Of a stretch of 64,000 nt of DNA, positions 11,111-21,120 are shown one piece after another. The notes beneath the pieces are model-generated. The model was not told the DNA's origin and made no database searches. It saw only the letters and a program-made list of their open reading frames with translations. The number at the start of each line of letters is the position of its first letter. Position 1 is the stretch's first letter. Made by a program: the position numbers and the translations under genes. This DNA is from Pseudobdellovibrionaceae bacterium (GTDB lineage Bacteria > Bdellovibrionota > Bdellovibrionia > Bdellovibrionales > UBA1609): the NCBI GenBank assembly GCA_020635075.1, contig JACKAM010000002.1, positions 593,811 to 657,810 of the forward strand, read 5' to 3'.

Positions 11111-11683
11111 GTGCGGGTGAAAAAAGGCGCGGCCATTACGTTGGGGAGTATCGCAGGCTTGTGGGTGGCCCTAACCCTCTTTGTGCAACTTCGCACGGTG
11201 GATTCTGTTAAAGTGCATGGTCCTGAGAACTTCCAAAGATCTATGTTAATCGCCTACCAGCCCGATCCTTTTTACCCTTTGGATAAAAAAATTGCCCAGG
11301 CCGTCACCCAGGAGTTTGTTGGCCGAGAGTGGCGGGTGGTGGTTGCAACTCACGGCTCCGCGAACTTTCCGTCCACGGACAAATTTGACCTCATTGTGGT
11401 TATTGCCAACACTTATAACTGGCGTCCAGACTGGAAGACAACATCCTGGATTTCCAAGTCAGATTTCAAGAACAAGAGGGTGGTCGCCTTTACCCTTGGT
11501 GCAGGCAGTACCGAATGGGCGCAGCTGGCACTCGAACAGGCGATCGCAGATTCCGGCGCCGATCTCATTACGAGCAAGACCTATTGGCTATTGCGACCAA
11601 ATGATGAGAACAAACTGGATCAAAAAAACAGCCAGGTTGCTGTTGATCTGGCCGTTCAGGAAATCAATCGCCTCTCTCTGTAG
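11111..11683 (+). CDS. Membrane-anchored hypothetical protein, possibly flavodoxin-like fold
   Basis: N-terminal TM helix. The body is an alternating beta/alpha pattern (VVVATHGS...LIVVIANTY...VVAFTLGAG). The function is not supported beyond this. Confidence 0.5.
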   Translation: MRVKKGAAITLGSIAGLWVALTLFVQLRTVDSVKVHGPENFQRSMLIAYQPDPFYPLDKKIAQAVTQEFVGREWRVVVATHGSANFPSTDKFDLIVVIANTYNWRPDWKTTSWISKSDFKNKRVVAFTLGAGSTEWAQLALEQAIADSGADLITSKTYWLLRPNDENKLDQKNSQVAVDLAVQEINRLSL

Positions 11684-11687
11684 TTAA

Positions 11688-12518
11688 CTATCCGAGAGCT
11701 CTTGAAATAATCTCCACAGGAGAAATGGTGCCAGCCGCAATATTCTGCACCATGTTTTGAATCCTCACTGGAGTGCTGGCACGCATGAGAGTGTGAAGAC
11801 CTAAGGGTGGCGGCCCATCAGCCTCCATCTTGGCCCTCATGTTCTTGAAAAATTCCATGGCTGATTCTTTTTGGTTGGCTTCTGTTACAACATCGAAGCC
11901 AGCCGCCTTTAAAGCCTCTTTGTACTGACGAGGAGAAGCGAGCTTGCAAATTTCCTGCTCTGAGGCCCAGGGCACAGGGTAGGTCATTTCGCCGGGCTGG
12001 ATCTGCATAACGTCGTAGACCCCAAAGACCCCCCCGGGCTTGAGAACTCTGTTGATCTCAGTGAACAACTTCTCTTTGTCTTCAATATTCATCCCCACAT
12101 GGAGCATATAGGCGCGATCAAAGCTGTTATCCTCAAAGGGAAGATCCAGGGCATTGCCGTGAACAAGATTCACCCGATTGTTCAATTTCACCCAAGAACA
12201 GAGTGAATTACCCGTAGCGATGTACTCTTCCGTTAGGTCCACGCCAGATACCTGGCAATTGAAAGTTTTGGCGACATATCGGGCAGCCCCTCCAAGTCCA
12301 CAACCGACATCAAGAACCCGACTGTCCTTTTGAACGCCCAGCTGCTTCAGCAGGCGATCAGTGGCCACCCTTCCGCCAATGTGGAATTCATCAACTGGAC
12401 CTAGGTCCTCCACGGTCACGGTTTCCAGGGTCTTGCCCAGCTTTTCAATTCCCGCCTGAATAGCCGCGAGCAGTGATCCATGTTGATAGTTCTGAGCTAC
12501 TTTCTGATCTGTAGACAC
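11688..12518 (-). CDS. Class I SAM-dependent methyltransferase
   Basis: Motif I VLDVGCGLGGAARY; motif post-I VSGVDL; LKPGGVF. Confidence 0.85.
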   Translation of the reverse strand: MSTDQKVAQNYQHGSLLAAIQAGIEKLGKTLETVTVEDLGPVDEFHIGGRVATDRLLKQLGVQKDSRVLDVGCGLGGAARYVAKTFNCQVSGVDLTEEYIATGNSLCSWVKLNNRVNLVHGNALDLPFEDNSFDRAYMLHVGMNIEDKEKLFTEINRVLKPGGVFGVYDVMQIQPGEMTYPVPWASEQEICKLASPRQYKEALKAAGFDVVTEANQKESAMEFFKNMRAKMEADGPPPLGLHTLMRASTPVRIQNMVQNIAAGTISPVEIISRALG

Positions 12519-12608
12519 ATCATCCCCCCTGGTGGTGAGATCCAGGATAACAGGTTCATGGATGATGTGGAGTAAAGAACTCCTTTATTATACCTTCAGG
12601 ACCCAGAC

Positions 12609-13415
12609 CTAGTCCGGCTGACTCCAAAATACCTCTGTTTGGTAATCGATGCGCACCACTCCGTTCGTTTGGTGCTTATCAAACAAGTCCTTCAGTTCTT
12701 TAATCATCAGCGGATATCCAGGATGGTCTTGGTTGGGAATGTAGGATGAAGAAACCAAACGCCCCTTAAATCCTTCAAAATCGAATTCTTGAAAATTTGC
12801 AAAAGTAGCTCGGCTCGGAGCCTGGCCAAAAAACTTGGTTACACTTTCGCCCGCACTGATGTTGCGGTGATTGATCTGCTCATAGTCTGTACTATGACGG
12901 ACAATCAGGTCTTCATAGGCCGCTGCGAACTCACCTTCAGTTTTCCTATCGTTCCAGACAAACATAATGTGTCCACCAGGTCTTAGAATCCTAGAAAACT
13001 CTTTGCCTGTTGCCTCGGGTTCAAACCAATGAAACGCTTGAGCTGCGGTGACCACTTCCACCGACCGAGATTCCAACCCCGTCGCCTCAGATGATCCCGA
13101 TATTGAATGAAAATTCTGGTAGTCATGGAGAAGCCTTTCAGCCGCCATACGCATCTCCTGATTAGGCTCGATCGCGTAGACCCGATTGCCGTTTTTCAAT
13201 AAGAGCTCAGAAAAAATACCCGTGCCCGATCCTACATCGGCTATCGAGTGGTGAGTCTCTAATCCCATCTCTTCCTGCATCAATTTTATAATTTCTGCCG
13301 GGTAACCTGGACGGTACTTAATGTAGTTTTCAACACGGTCAGAGAACCGACCGGTGGGATTGTGGCGATGACCTTCCATTTGCCTCCAAAAAGTTGTAGC
13401 CCATGTACTTGTCAC
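12609..13415 (-). CDS. Class I SAM-dependent methyltransferase
   Basis: Motif I IADVGSGTGIFSELL; YAIEPN; LRPGGHIMF. Confidence 0.85.
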   Translation of the reverse strand: MTSTWATTFWRQMEGHRHNPTGRFSDRVENYIKYRPGYPAEIIKLMQEEMGLETHHSIADVGSGTGIFSELLLKNGNRVYAIEPNQEMRMAAERLLHDYQNFHSISGSSEATGLESRSVEVVTAAQAFHWFEPEATGKEFSRILRPGGHIMFVWNDRKTEGEFAAAYEDLIVRHSTDYEQINHRNISAGESVTKFFGQAPSRATFANFQEFDFEGFKGRLVSSSYIPNQDHPGYPLMIKELKDLFDKHQTNGVVRIDYQTEVFWSQPD

Positions 13416-13460
13416 GGTTAGAAGAGCATTTTATTCTCTTTAGGGTCAAGCATAGGGAGT

Positions 13461-14186
13461 GTGCGTTCCAATCAGGCGGTGGACATGAACCCATTGATAA
13501 AGCTCATTAGCGCCGGTTTTGTTTTTGGCATCAAAGGCCTAAGCCTTGTGCTTTACAAAACCGAAGATCATTGGCTCACGCCAAAGGATCAAATTGACTG
13601 GGAAGACCTGCGCCTAGTCATTGCCCTCAACCACACCAGCCTGTTTGAACCTCTGTTTATTTCGGTCATTCCCAACTATCGTCTTTGGAGAGCCATTGAG
13701 CGATTGGTCGTTCCAATCGCGGATGTGACGATGAAACGCCCTTTGGTCGGCCGCCTATTCAAGTATTTTGTGCCCAATTGTATTCCCATTACCCGCAAGC
13801 GGGACGAGACTTGGGATCAGTACCTAAATCGGGCCCGGGACAAGAACTCGCTGATGTTTATTTTTCCGGAAGGACGCATGAAGCGCATCGATGGCCTGGA
13901 CAAACATGGCAACCCAATGAGTGTTAAGGGCGGCGTGGCCGATATTCTCGCAGAGTTGGATGGTGGAAAAATTCTCATTGCCTACTCTGGCGGACTCCAT
14001 CACGTCCAGGCACCCGGCCAGTCTGTTCCCAAAGTCTTTAAACGCATCAAGGTCGCCTTTGAGCAGCTGGATGTTCAGGAGTACAAGGCGTCGTTGGCCG
14101 CTGACGACGCCCATGATTTCCGCAAAAAAGTCATCGCTGACTTGGAAGACCGCATGCACCAACACTGCAAGGAGATTGAGTCGTGA
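13461..14186 (+). CDS. PlsC-like lysophospholipid acyltransferase family protein
   Basis: NHTSLFEP (HX4D/E-type block) and FPEGRM block. The start is uncertain (GTG 13461 or ATG 13485). Confidence 0.65.
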   Translation: MRSNQAVDMNPLIKLISAGFVFGIKGLSLVLYKTEDHWLTPKDQIDWEDLRLVIALNHTSLFEPLFISVIPNYRLWRAIERLVVPIADVTMKRPLVGRLFKYFVPNCIPITRKRDETWDQYLNRARDKNSLMFIFPEGRMKRIDGLDKHGNPMSVKGGVADILAELDGGKILIAYSGGLHHVQAPGQSVPKVFKRIKVAFEQLDVQEYKASLAADDAHDFRKKVIADLEDRMHQHCKEIES

Positions 14187-14512
14187 ACAGACAGCTATTT
14201 CTCATTTTCAGCCTTGTGGCTCTATTGCATGTACCTGTGGCGACCGGACAGATGGCCATTCGCATTGATCATGACGAGAACGACTGTGTCGACGGGTGGA
14301 TCTCAATGGATGTGAGGGTTCAGGTGGGCTTTGAGACCTTTGACTTCAATCCGTCTTGCAGCTTTAGCTTCAATGACAGTTTTGCAACAGAAGACGGCAT
14401 CCAGTGTGAGATCGCAGCAGGGATGTGCTCTGCCTTTTCACCTTACAACCGAATTGAAGTTTCATGTGAAGATGGCTCCAGCGACGGAGTCGATGTTAAA
14501 TGTCCAGACTAG
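14183..14512 (+). CDS. Small secreted Cys-rich hypothetical protein
   Basis: Signal-peptide-like N-terminus and 8 Cys. 4-nt overlap with the upstream gene. Confidence 0.5.
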   Translation: MNRQLFLIFSLVALLHVPVATGQMAIRIDHDENDCVDGWISMDVRVQVGFETFDFNPSCSFSFNDSFATEDGIQCEIAAGMCSAFSPYNRIEVSCEDGSSDGVDVKCPD

Positions 14513-14524
14513 GACTACACCGGC

Positions 14525-14869
14525 CTACTTCGATTGAGCCCCGGTGAAAGCCACTTCTGTACTGACATAGTAGCTGCCGCTGGGAGAATCACTAAAGCTG
14601 GCGATCTTGAGATCGAGGCGGTACTTCCCTTTTTGCTGCTGCTTTTTAAGTACGTGAAGTAACTTGTCGTAGGCGGCCTTGTCGTCCTTTACGATATCGA
14701 CCAAGAAGTAGGAATTGGCCGGCCCCTCTTTGAGTTGCATCATCACTTCGATACTGTCTTTTCCGGGGCTAACCTTAAGAACTTTGACATCGTCCAATTC
14801 CGCAGCCATGGCAACACCTGATAGGAAAAATAGGCCCACTAATAGCAGATTTAAAAAAGCACTTTTCAT
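14525..14869 (-). CDS. Secreted hypothetical protein
   Basis: An internal ATG at 14869 gives MKSAFLNLLLVGLFFLSGVAMAAE, a signal peptide. The longer track ORF overlaps the upstream gene. Confidence 0.5.
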   Translation of the reverse strand: MKSAFLNLLLVGLFFLSGVAMAAELDDVKVLKVSPGKDSIEVMMQLKEGPANSYFLVDIVKDDKAAYDKLLHVLKKQQQKGKYRLDLKIASFSDSPSGSYYVSTEVAFTGAQSK

Positions 14870-14880
14870 ATATTCATACC

Positions 14881-15591
14881 TCATCTTGAACCCTTTGCTC
14901 CGACACCACTTCCCTCGATCATCGGCCTGGCTATCCAACCCTTGCCCATGATAGCCCTCATAAGCTGATCCGCACCTGATACCTCCCTAAAGGTACACTT
15001 TGCACACGTAACATCAATTTGATCTTTCTTGTATTTATAGGGGTAAATGAACTCTTTAAAGTTGAAATCAGCGATTCCCTCTGCGTAAGCAATGACTTGA
15101 TAATCATTTTCAAGAGCTCCACGAATGCTTCTTTTAACGCAGGCGCCACCGTTGGCCCCGGTAATCAACAAGGTCCCGATGTCTTGTTCCTTCAGATGTT
15201 CCATCAGCGGGCCGCGAAATGAGTTCCGGGGGTCAAACATTCCATCACGGTCCTTTTGAAAGTACCTGACCCGCTTGTAGTCGCCAATGGCCTTCTTGAG
15301 AGCTGCGTTTGTGTCACCATAGTTTTCGTATTCCACCACCACGATAGGCAGCCCCAACTCTTTGGCTTTCTGGATCGCAACGACCTGACTGTCAATGATC
15401 TGATCCACCTTGGCTTGGTTTTCATCTGTTCCATGATTGCGGTTACGGGTAACAAACCTAGGCTGCATATCAATAATAACCAAGGCCGTTCCCTCGCCGC
15501 CTGCTATTGCTGTGGAGACGGCTATCGTCAACACCATCAAAAGGGAGAAACCCATCACCAGGATTTCTCTGTAAGCCTTAAATCTTTTCAA
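14881..15591 (-). CDS. Isochorismatase-family (cysteine) hydrolase with N-terminal signal peptide
   Basis: ALVIIDMQPRF and LLITGANGGACVKRS motifs. The N-terminus is hydrophobic (FSLLMVLTIAVSTAIAG). Confidence 0.75.
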   Translation of the reverse strand: MKRFKAYREILVMGFSLLMVLTIAVSTAIAGGEGTALVIIDMQPRFVTRNRNHGTDENQAKVDQIIDSQVVAIQKAKELGLPIVVVEYENYGDTNAALKKAIGDYKRVRYFQKDRDGMFDPRNSFRGPLMEHLKEQDIGTLLITGANGGACVKRSIRGALENDYQVIAYAEGIADFNFKEFIYPYKYKKDQIDVTCAKCTFREVSGADQLMRAIMGKGWIARPMIEGSGVGAKGSR

Positions 15592-15708
15592 ATGTATTCC
15601 CCCGGTCCAGGAGCCACTTGCAAACCCCTAAATTCTTAAAGAATTGTTCGGCTTTGCAGCCTGTAAATTTGAGGAAATCCATACCTAGGACTAGACCGCT
15701 TCTCTGAC

Positions 15709-16155
15709 TCAATCTTCGGACTCAGGCGCCGACGCCTCATCAAATTGGGCGGGATTCTTCCAGGCTCCTGTCGCCCTATCCACTTCAACACTGAACTCCC
15801 AATTTCCGGATCGGGAGTTCAGTTCAACAAAATAGCTCCCAGCCTTGGGCTGGACCTTGATATAGGCCTCCTTGTTTAAGGCCTCAAGACCGACGGAGTA
15901 ATCACCAAAACTGCTCTTTTCGAATTTGCCGTTTTTTCTGAAGCTTGCATCGATAAACTCGATCTCTTCGGCTGTAACTTGCGTGTTTTGCTTGGCGAGC
16001 TCGACGAAAAAGGCGTTCACTGGTGTCTCCACGGTTTTTTTGTCTTCGTGCTTACAGGCCAACCCCGTCACGAGGAAGAGAGCCAGGATTGTAGTTTTGA
16101 ATAATCGCCCTCTTCTCACTTGCACCTCTCGAAATCTAGTATAAGTTCTTCCCAT
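15709..16155 (-). CDS. Hypothetical lipoprotein
   Basis: ILALFLVTGLAC lipobox-like N-terminus. I recognise no family. Confidence 0.5.
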   Translation of the reverse strand: MGRTYTRFREVQVRRGRLFKTTILALFLVTGLACKHEDKKTVETPVNAFFVELAKQNTQVTAEEIEFIDASFRKNGKFEKSSFGDYSVGLEALNKEAYIKVQPKAGSYFVELNSRSGNWEFSVEVDRATGAWKNPAQFDEASAPESED

Positions 16156-16175
16156 GAAGTTACAAGGAGCAAGCC

Positions 16176-16703
16176 ATGAACCCTTGGCATGATGTCTCTC
16201 TCGGTTCTGATATCCCTCACGCCTTTCCCGCCATTATCGAAGTTCCAAAAGGATCTAAGAACAAGTATGAACTCGACAAAGAGACAGGGCTGATCCGCGT
16301 GGACAGAGTTTTGTTTAGCTCGGTTCAGTATCCGGCCAACTATGGTTTTATCCCAAAGACCTACTGTGAGGACAACGACCCTCTGGATGTTTTGGTACTG
16401 GGCCAGGAGCCGGTTTACCCGCTGACGATCTTAACAGCAAAGCCCATTGGTCTGATGAAGATGAGCGACCAAGGTGAGTCCGACGATAAAATTATTGCGG
16501 TTCACGCCAATGACCCTGAGTACGCTCATTACAGTTCGATCACAGAGCTTCCGCCTCATCGCATGGCAGAGGTAAAAAGGTTCTTTGAAGACTATAAGGC
16601 CTTAGAGCACAAAACCGTGGTGGTAGAGGAGTTTTTGGGTGCGACCCACGCGATCAAGAGCCTGGAGGCCGCCATTGAGTTGTATAAAAAGAAGTTTCCC
16701 TGA
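16176..16703 (+). CDS. ppa: Inorganic pyrophosphatase (family I)
   Basis: [18 protein letters not shown]...YPANYGFIP...DNDPLDVLV...DDKIIAV. Confidence 0.95.
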   Translation: MNPWHDVSLGSDIPHAFPAIIEVPKGSKNKYELDKETGLIRVDRVLFSSVQYPANYGFIPKTYCEDNDPLDVLVLGQEPVYPLTILTAKPIGLMKMSDQGESDDKIIAVHANDPEYAHYSSITELPPHRMAEVKRFFEDYKALEHKTVVVEEFLGATHAIKSLEAAIELYKKKFP

Positions 16704-16720
16704 TCGTATGGCTTAAGCTT

Positions 16721-17104
16721 TTACTTAAGACAGTCGGGAAATTTCACATATCCCAGACAGCGACCGTAATGCTCGTAGGTGTCCTCGCGAAACAAAAACC
16801 CATTGGCATCCAACTTTTCCAGATCCACCATTCTCAGCGGCTGCACATCGTTGTACCAACTCCCCTTGGGCCCGGGCATGAGGTAGCAGGTTCCCTCTCC
16901 ACCCTGAGCAAGCGCCGCATTGGTGCAATAGAATCTCTCGCCAGCCAAGGTGCACACCAAAGTGGGGCTTATGCCCTCAGACGGAGAGACACACCTGAGG
17001 TTGGCGTAGGCGCCAGAGGCACCACCAACAGAGATCATTATCATAAGTATTTTCAATAGCTTATGGGCAAGGGGGCGTTTGAAGGAGCAAAAATTGTTCG
17101 ACAT
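16721..17104 (-). CDS. Secreted hypothetical protein
   Basis: An internal ATG at 17104 gives MSNNFCSFKRPLAHKLLKILMIMISVGGASGAYA, a signal peptide. Confidence 0.45.
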   Translation of the reverse strand: MSNNFCSFKRPLAHKLLKILMIMISVGGASGAYANLRCVSPSEGISPTLVCTLAGERFYCTNAALAQGGEGTCYLMPGPKGSWYNDVQPLRMVDLEKLDANGFLFREDTYEHYGRCLGYVKFPDCLK

Positions 17105-17229
17105 CTGTTCAACCTCTGGTTCACCAGGCTCAACCAGTTTTAGCTCTCCTGGATACAACTAGAGTTAACTCAATTTGAGTGCCAAGTCGGCGGTGTAGAT
17201 AGTCGCCGATGTCGCCCTAAAAATGAGCA

Positions 17230-18165
17230 TTAGGGCTCAGATATCGGCCTAGGATTGAAGATTAAATCTCCCGAGGAGGGAACATAGTCAGATCGAACCT
17301 CTCCGGACTCTTCGCTCAAGGCCTTCACGCCCAGTCGGGAAAATAGACCTGGAACACTCCAATACCTGTTGGTCCCTTTGTCAAAATAGTAAAGACTCAT
17401 GTGAAGATGGGGAACCAGACTGACTCCCGAATTGCCCACACGACCCAAATAATCTCCCACATTTATCGTAGATCCAACGACGACGGACTCAGGTATGGAG
17501 TTCCTTTTGAAGTGAAGAAGGTAGAGGTAGAAGTTCCCACCCAAATGGATACCCACGTAGTTGCCGTCTTGTCTCGCCGTAAACTCCCCGCCCTCTAATT
17601 TAGCTGGATTATCTGGCTGATTTCGAACCACCTCAACGACCTTGCCCTGCACCGGAGACCAAACCTTCTTGTTCCAGACAACAAAGTCGCTATTGCGGCG
17701 CCCGCTCCTCCGATAACTTAGCTTGGTCCGGGAATCGAGCTTCACCAGATCCCAGGCAAAATCCCCGAAACCACTTTCGTTATTGTGGTGGTGCTCCTTG
17801 TTGCCGTTGATGACATAGGCCTCTCCCTCCAGGGGTGAGCGGAGAATGGTCAGATTGTTCGCCTTCAAATACGAGTGGAAAGCCGCCACGTCTGCCTCAC
17901 CAGGTCTCGGCAAGTCCTCTCGCTTTTTTGCCTCAACGACACGCAAGGGCTGATCCGGGCGGGATGGATTAAATACGAGAGCAAAATAGCTGTCTTTGGA
18001 TCCCCACCACCAGTTCTTGGCCTCAACGACGTGAAGGACTCTCTCTGTTGAAGCGATATGGGGCTTGGCAACGGCCGGACGGCAGCGAAGAGCAGCACTA
18101 GCTGACCACTGGGCCAACATCCATAGAACTGCAAAGATAAGGAATCTCATTCTGCGAACCGACAT
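17230..18165 (-). CDS. M23 (LytM-type) metallopeptidase, secreted
   Basis: GNSGVSLVPHLHMSLYY (HxH block). The signal peptide reads from MSVRRMRFLIFAVLWMLAQWSASAA. Alternative starts lie at 18150 and 18243. Confidence 0.75.
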   Translation of the reverse strand: MSVRRMRFLIFAVLWMLAQWSASAALRCRPAVAKPHIASTERVLHVVEAKNWWWGSKDSYFALVFNPSRPDQPLRVVEAKKREDLPRPGEADVAAFHSYLKANNLTILRSPLEGEAYVINGNKEHHHNNESGFGDFAWDLVKLDSRTKLSYRRSGRRNSDFVVWNKKVWSPVQGKVVEVVRNQPDNPAKLEGGEFTARQDGNYVGIHLGGNFYLYLLHFKRNSIPESVVVGSTINVGDYLGRVGNSGVSLVPHLHMSLYYFDKGTNRYWSVPGLFSRLGVKALSEESGEVRSDYVPSSGDLIFNPRPISEP

Positions 18166-18370
18166 CGCTCCATCATTAAGCACATTCGGTGCCACTAGGC
18201 CACTACTCGCGCAAATAGTTGATTCCACCAGAAAAGTTTTCACCAGGTCAGGGCACCGCCTCCCCCCACCTCAATGCCAAGCTGGACTTACATTTTGGCC
18301 CGAAAATCCGATCTATGAAGGTGATGGGTTACTCGATACATGTTTCATTTTGCCCGCTTCAGGATTCGCC

Positions 18371-19366
18371 ATGTCCATAGGTCGAATGGGTAAGTACCAG
18401 CTTTTTGAGGTTCTCGGCACAGGCGGCATGGGTGAGGTCTACCTGGCCCGAAGTCAGGAAGCTGAATGTATTAGTAAGCTTGTAGCCCTCAAGAAAATTC
18501 GACCCGATCTCACGCAAAATGAAAAAATGAAGGCCTTGTTTCGTAGCGAGGCACTTATGGCCATTCGCCTCGATCACAGCAACATTGCCACCGTCTATGA
18601 ACTCGGAGTGGACCGCGACACCTTTTATTTGGTGATGGAATACGTGGGCGGTATTAGCCTTCGCGATTTGATGTCACGGCAAATGAAAGGTGAGATAGAT
18701 CTCCCTCCTGAGGTGGCTATTCATTTGGTGTTGGAAATTGGCAAGGCACTCTCTTACGCCCATCGCTTTGTTGATCCCGAAACTCAAGGTGCGGCCCCCG
18801 TGGTTCACCAGGACGTGAGTCCTCACAATGTCCTGTTGAATTTTGAGGGGGAAGTTAAACTGATAGATTTTGGCGTTGCCCGCATGGATGCCACCAGCCA
18901 GGCCTCCACCCTTAGTGGCGTCATGGGCAAGGTGGATTACATGAGCCCCGAGCAGGCTCAAGGCGGCATCGTCGACTCGACGACCGACATTTTTGCTCTT
19001 GGTTTACTGCTGTGGGAAATGCTCAGCGGCAAACGCTACTATGAGTGGGACTCACTCAAGACCATTCACAAAAAGCTTCTCAAAGGAGAGCCCGTCAAAG
19101 CGCTGGACAAGAAAGTCGTCGACCACCATAAATTGAATTACATTCTAGGCAAGATGTTAGCACCCAACTCGGGAAGCCGCTATCAAACCGCAGACGCTTT
19201 TTTGTTGGAGCTCCAAGAGTATTACCACACCACCCATCCCAAATACAGCCAGGCCCAATTGCGCCGCTCACTCAAAAAATTCTTCGCCCAAGAGCACCAG
19301 GCTCACCTGAGCCGTCTGCAGAAGCACAGCTATCACACAGACGAAAAACTCGAAAAGGCTGGTTGA
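18371..19366 (+). CDS. Ser/Thr protein kinase (Hanks type), kinase domain only
   Basis: ATG at 18371 gives MSIGRMGKYQLFEVLGTGGMGEVYLA...VALKKI...HQDVSPHNVLL...DFGVA...YMSPEQ. The longer track ORF (from 18065) runs antisense over the M23 gene. Confidence 0.85.
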   Translation: MSIGRMGKYQLFEVLGTGGMGEVYLARSQEAECISKLVALKKIRPDLTQNEKMKALFRSEALMAIRLDHSNIATVYELGVDRDTFYLVMEYVGGISLRDLMSRQMKGEIDLPPEVAIHLVLEIGKALSYAHRFVDPETQGAAPVVHQDVSPHNVLLNFEGEVKLIDFGVARMDATSQASTLSGVMGKVDYMSPEQAQGGIVDSTTDIFALGLLLWEMLSGKRYYEWDSLKTIHKKLLKGEPVKALDKKVVDHHKLNYILGKMLAPNSGSRYQTADAFLLELQEYYHTTHPKYSQAQLRRSLKKFFAQEHQAHLSRLQKHSYHTDEKLEKAG

Positions 19367-19391
19367 ATCGCTTTTACTGCGATCTCTGGCC

Positions 19392-19420
19392 CAAAAAAGA
19401 AGGCTCCCTAGGAGCCTTCT
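19392..19420 (-). terminator. Rho-independent terminator for the minus-strand lipoprotein gene
   Basis: A perfect 10-bp stem pairs AGAAGGCTCC (19398-19407) with GGAGCCTTCT (19411-19420), with a 3-nt loop. It is followed on the minus strand by T6 (complement of 19392-19397). Confidence 0.7.
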
Positions 19421-19465
19421 ACAACAATGGTTCTCTATTTGCTTTTTGTTCGGAGGAAGTCAGTT

Positions 19466-20425
19466 TTAGGGCTGACAGCGTCTGAGAATTTTTGTCAGCT
19501 GCCGGCCGTCGGCTTTAGTGATAGTGACTTTACCACAAAGGCCGGTATTGAAATCGTAGATCTTTTCTTTGGCAAAGTTCTCGCTGGAGAGTTGCTTAGT
19601 CAACTTGCCAGAGACTGGGCAGTCACAGTCTTTGCTAAAGGCTAAGTCTTCGTAAATGGCCTTGGAGTCCACCTTTAATATGTTGTGGTTCACCAAAATT
19701 GTTCCGCTTTGGATAACCAGGTCGCCGTTGGCCCTTGAGCCAAGGACAACTAGGTCGCTTTCAGTTTGCACTGACTGATCACCACGCACGCTCACTCCAT
19801 CTCGACGGATCACTTGCCGATGAAGGCCAGCGATTTCAAAGTTCCGCACGTTGGCTCCGAAAGTTGTCATCACACCACCACCAAGGGACTCACCTTTGTA
19901 GTTACTGTGATCAAGCGAATTCCACTTGATTTGGTATTCCCAAAAGTTATTCAACTTTGTGACGCCATCAGAGGTTCTGATAAGACTTCCCGACTGAGGC
20001 AAGTCGCCACCAGAAATCCAATCATTACAGGTGGCAGCACTGTCAAAGGCCAATAGGACCTGACCACTCAAGGTGAATTGATCCCAGAATCCAGCCGTAC
20101 AACTGCCGAAGTCAGCAACAATGGATTGACCATCGGCTGAAGATGAACAGTCTGGGGACCCAAGAGCAGGGGTATAGGGATGCTCTGAGCAATCAATGCC
20201 ACCACGCTTGAGCATAGGACTGATCTTTTGCAGACCACCTCCGCCGCCTTCGGCGAACTCTTGAGCGGCCTCTTCGTAGGCGCCGAGTGACATTTCAACA
20301 AAGTCTTCGTCTTCATCTCCCAACGTACCCACGCCGTTTTGAACCGGCTTTTGCGTACAGTTCATCAGGGCGAGGCTCATCAGAAGCACTATAGAATGCG
20401 TCCATATATTGGTAGCGGGTTTCAC
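19466..20425 (-). CDS. Hypothetical lipoprotein
   Basis: GTG at 20425 is preceded by AAGGAGA and gives (M)KPATNIWTHSIVLLMSLALMNC. I recognise no family. Confidence 0.55.
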   Translation of the reverse strand: MKPATNIWTHSIVLLMSLALMNCTQKPVQNGVGTLGDEDEDFVEMSLGAYEEAAQEFAEGGGGGLQKISPMLKRGGIDCSEHPYTPALGSPDCSSSADGQSIVADFGSCTAGFWDQFTLSGQVLLAFDSAATCNDWISGGDLPQSGSLIRTSDGVTKLNNFWEYQIKWNSLDHSNYKGESLGGGVMTTFGANVRNFEIAGLHRQVIRRDGVSVRGDQSVQTESDLVVLGSRANGDLVIQSGTILVNHNILKVDSKAIYEDLAFSKDCDCPVSGKLTKQLSSENFAKEKIYDFNTGLCGKVTITKADGRQLTKILRRCQP

Positions 20426-20502
20426 GGCTATCTCCTTTGGGTAAGCGTCCGTTGCAAGGGAAACCCCCAGGAGAGCCAAAAGTTGCGGCTATTTTCTTAA
20501 AT

Positions 20503-20778
20503 TTAATGGCATCTGACGGTGGCTGTATAGGTGTAGCAGGGGACGCCAAATAGGCTCGGGCTACATTTACCGCTAAGAACAACCCAGTTGGAGTAACCGC
20601 GCTGAGCGCATTTTTCAAAGGCATCGATTCTGAAGTTAGCTACAGCGGAGGCTTCGTGCCGCCAAGCCGAGGCTCGAAGCCACTCTGAAGTTCCACTTGC
20701 CGTAACAATGGAAGAGTTATTTGCCGAGCTGATTGCCGACAAAGCCAAAACACAAAAGACCAAAACAAGCTTTTTCAT
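20503..20778 (-). CDS. Small secreted Cys-containing hypothetical protein
   Basis: MKKLVLVFCVLALSAISSA signal peptide. Confidence 0.55.
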   Translation of the reverse strand: MKKLVLVFCVLALSAISSANNSSIVTASGTSEWLRASAWRHEASAVANFRIDAFEKCAQRGYSNWVVLSGKCSPSLFGVPCYTYTATVRCH

Positions 20779-20944
20779 TTGCGACCCCGATTTCTGCGGA
20801 AAACACTTTTCTCCTCTATAGATAAATTAATGCGCCCAATCAATGGGCCTTGAGAAGATTGCCCTGTTTGCGGGACCTTGCCCGGCCCAAAAAGGGACAT
20901 CTATTGAACACTAACCCATAGAAAACTCGCCCTTTTCTTAAAAT

Positions 20945-20968
20945 CCAAGGGTCCTCGAAAACCCTTGG
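20945..20968. repeat. Perfect 8-bp inverted repeat CCAAGGGT-N8-ACCCTTGG in the divergent intergenic region
   Basis: Read directly from the sequence. Confidence 0.9.
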
Positions 20969-21013
20969 AAATAGGGCAACTGGGCCTTCCATCGCGAAGA
21001 TCCGCCCCTGTTA

Positions 21014-21033
21014 TTGAACACAAAAGTGTTCAA
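21014..21033. promoter_or_regulatory. Perfect palindrome TTGAACAC-N4-GTGTTCAA about 90 bp upstream of the TIGR02147 gene; candidate operator
   Basis: Read directly from the sequence. An extra half-site TTGAACAC lies at 20904-20911. A regulatory role is inference. Confidence 0.35.
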
Positions 21034-21120
21034 AAATTCCCCCAAAAGTCCTCCTAACCATTGACCCCGTATCTATCCAAGGAAAATGATTCTCCCATCA
21101 CATGAACCGGGGGGTAAGCC

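Noticed and set aside
18065-18370. 5' extension of the kinase ORF (102 codons).
   Set aside because: It runs antisense across the start of the M23 peptidase gene and has no kinase subdomain. The Gly-loop begins right after the ATG at 18371.
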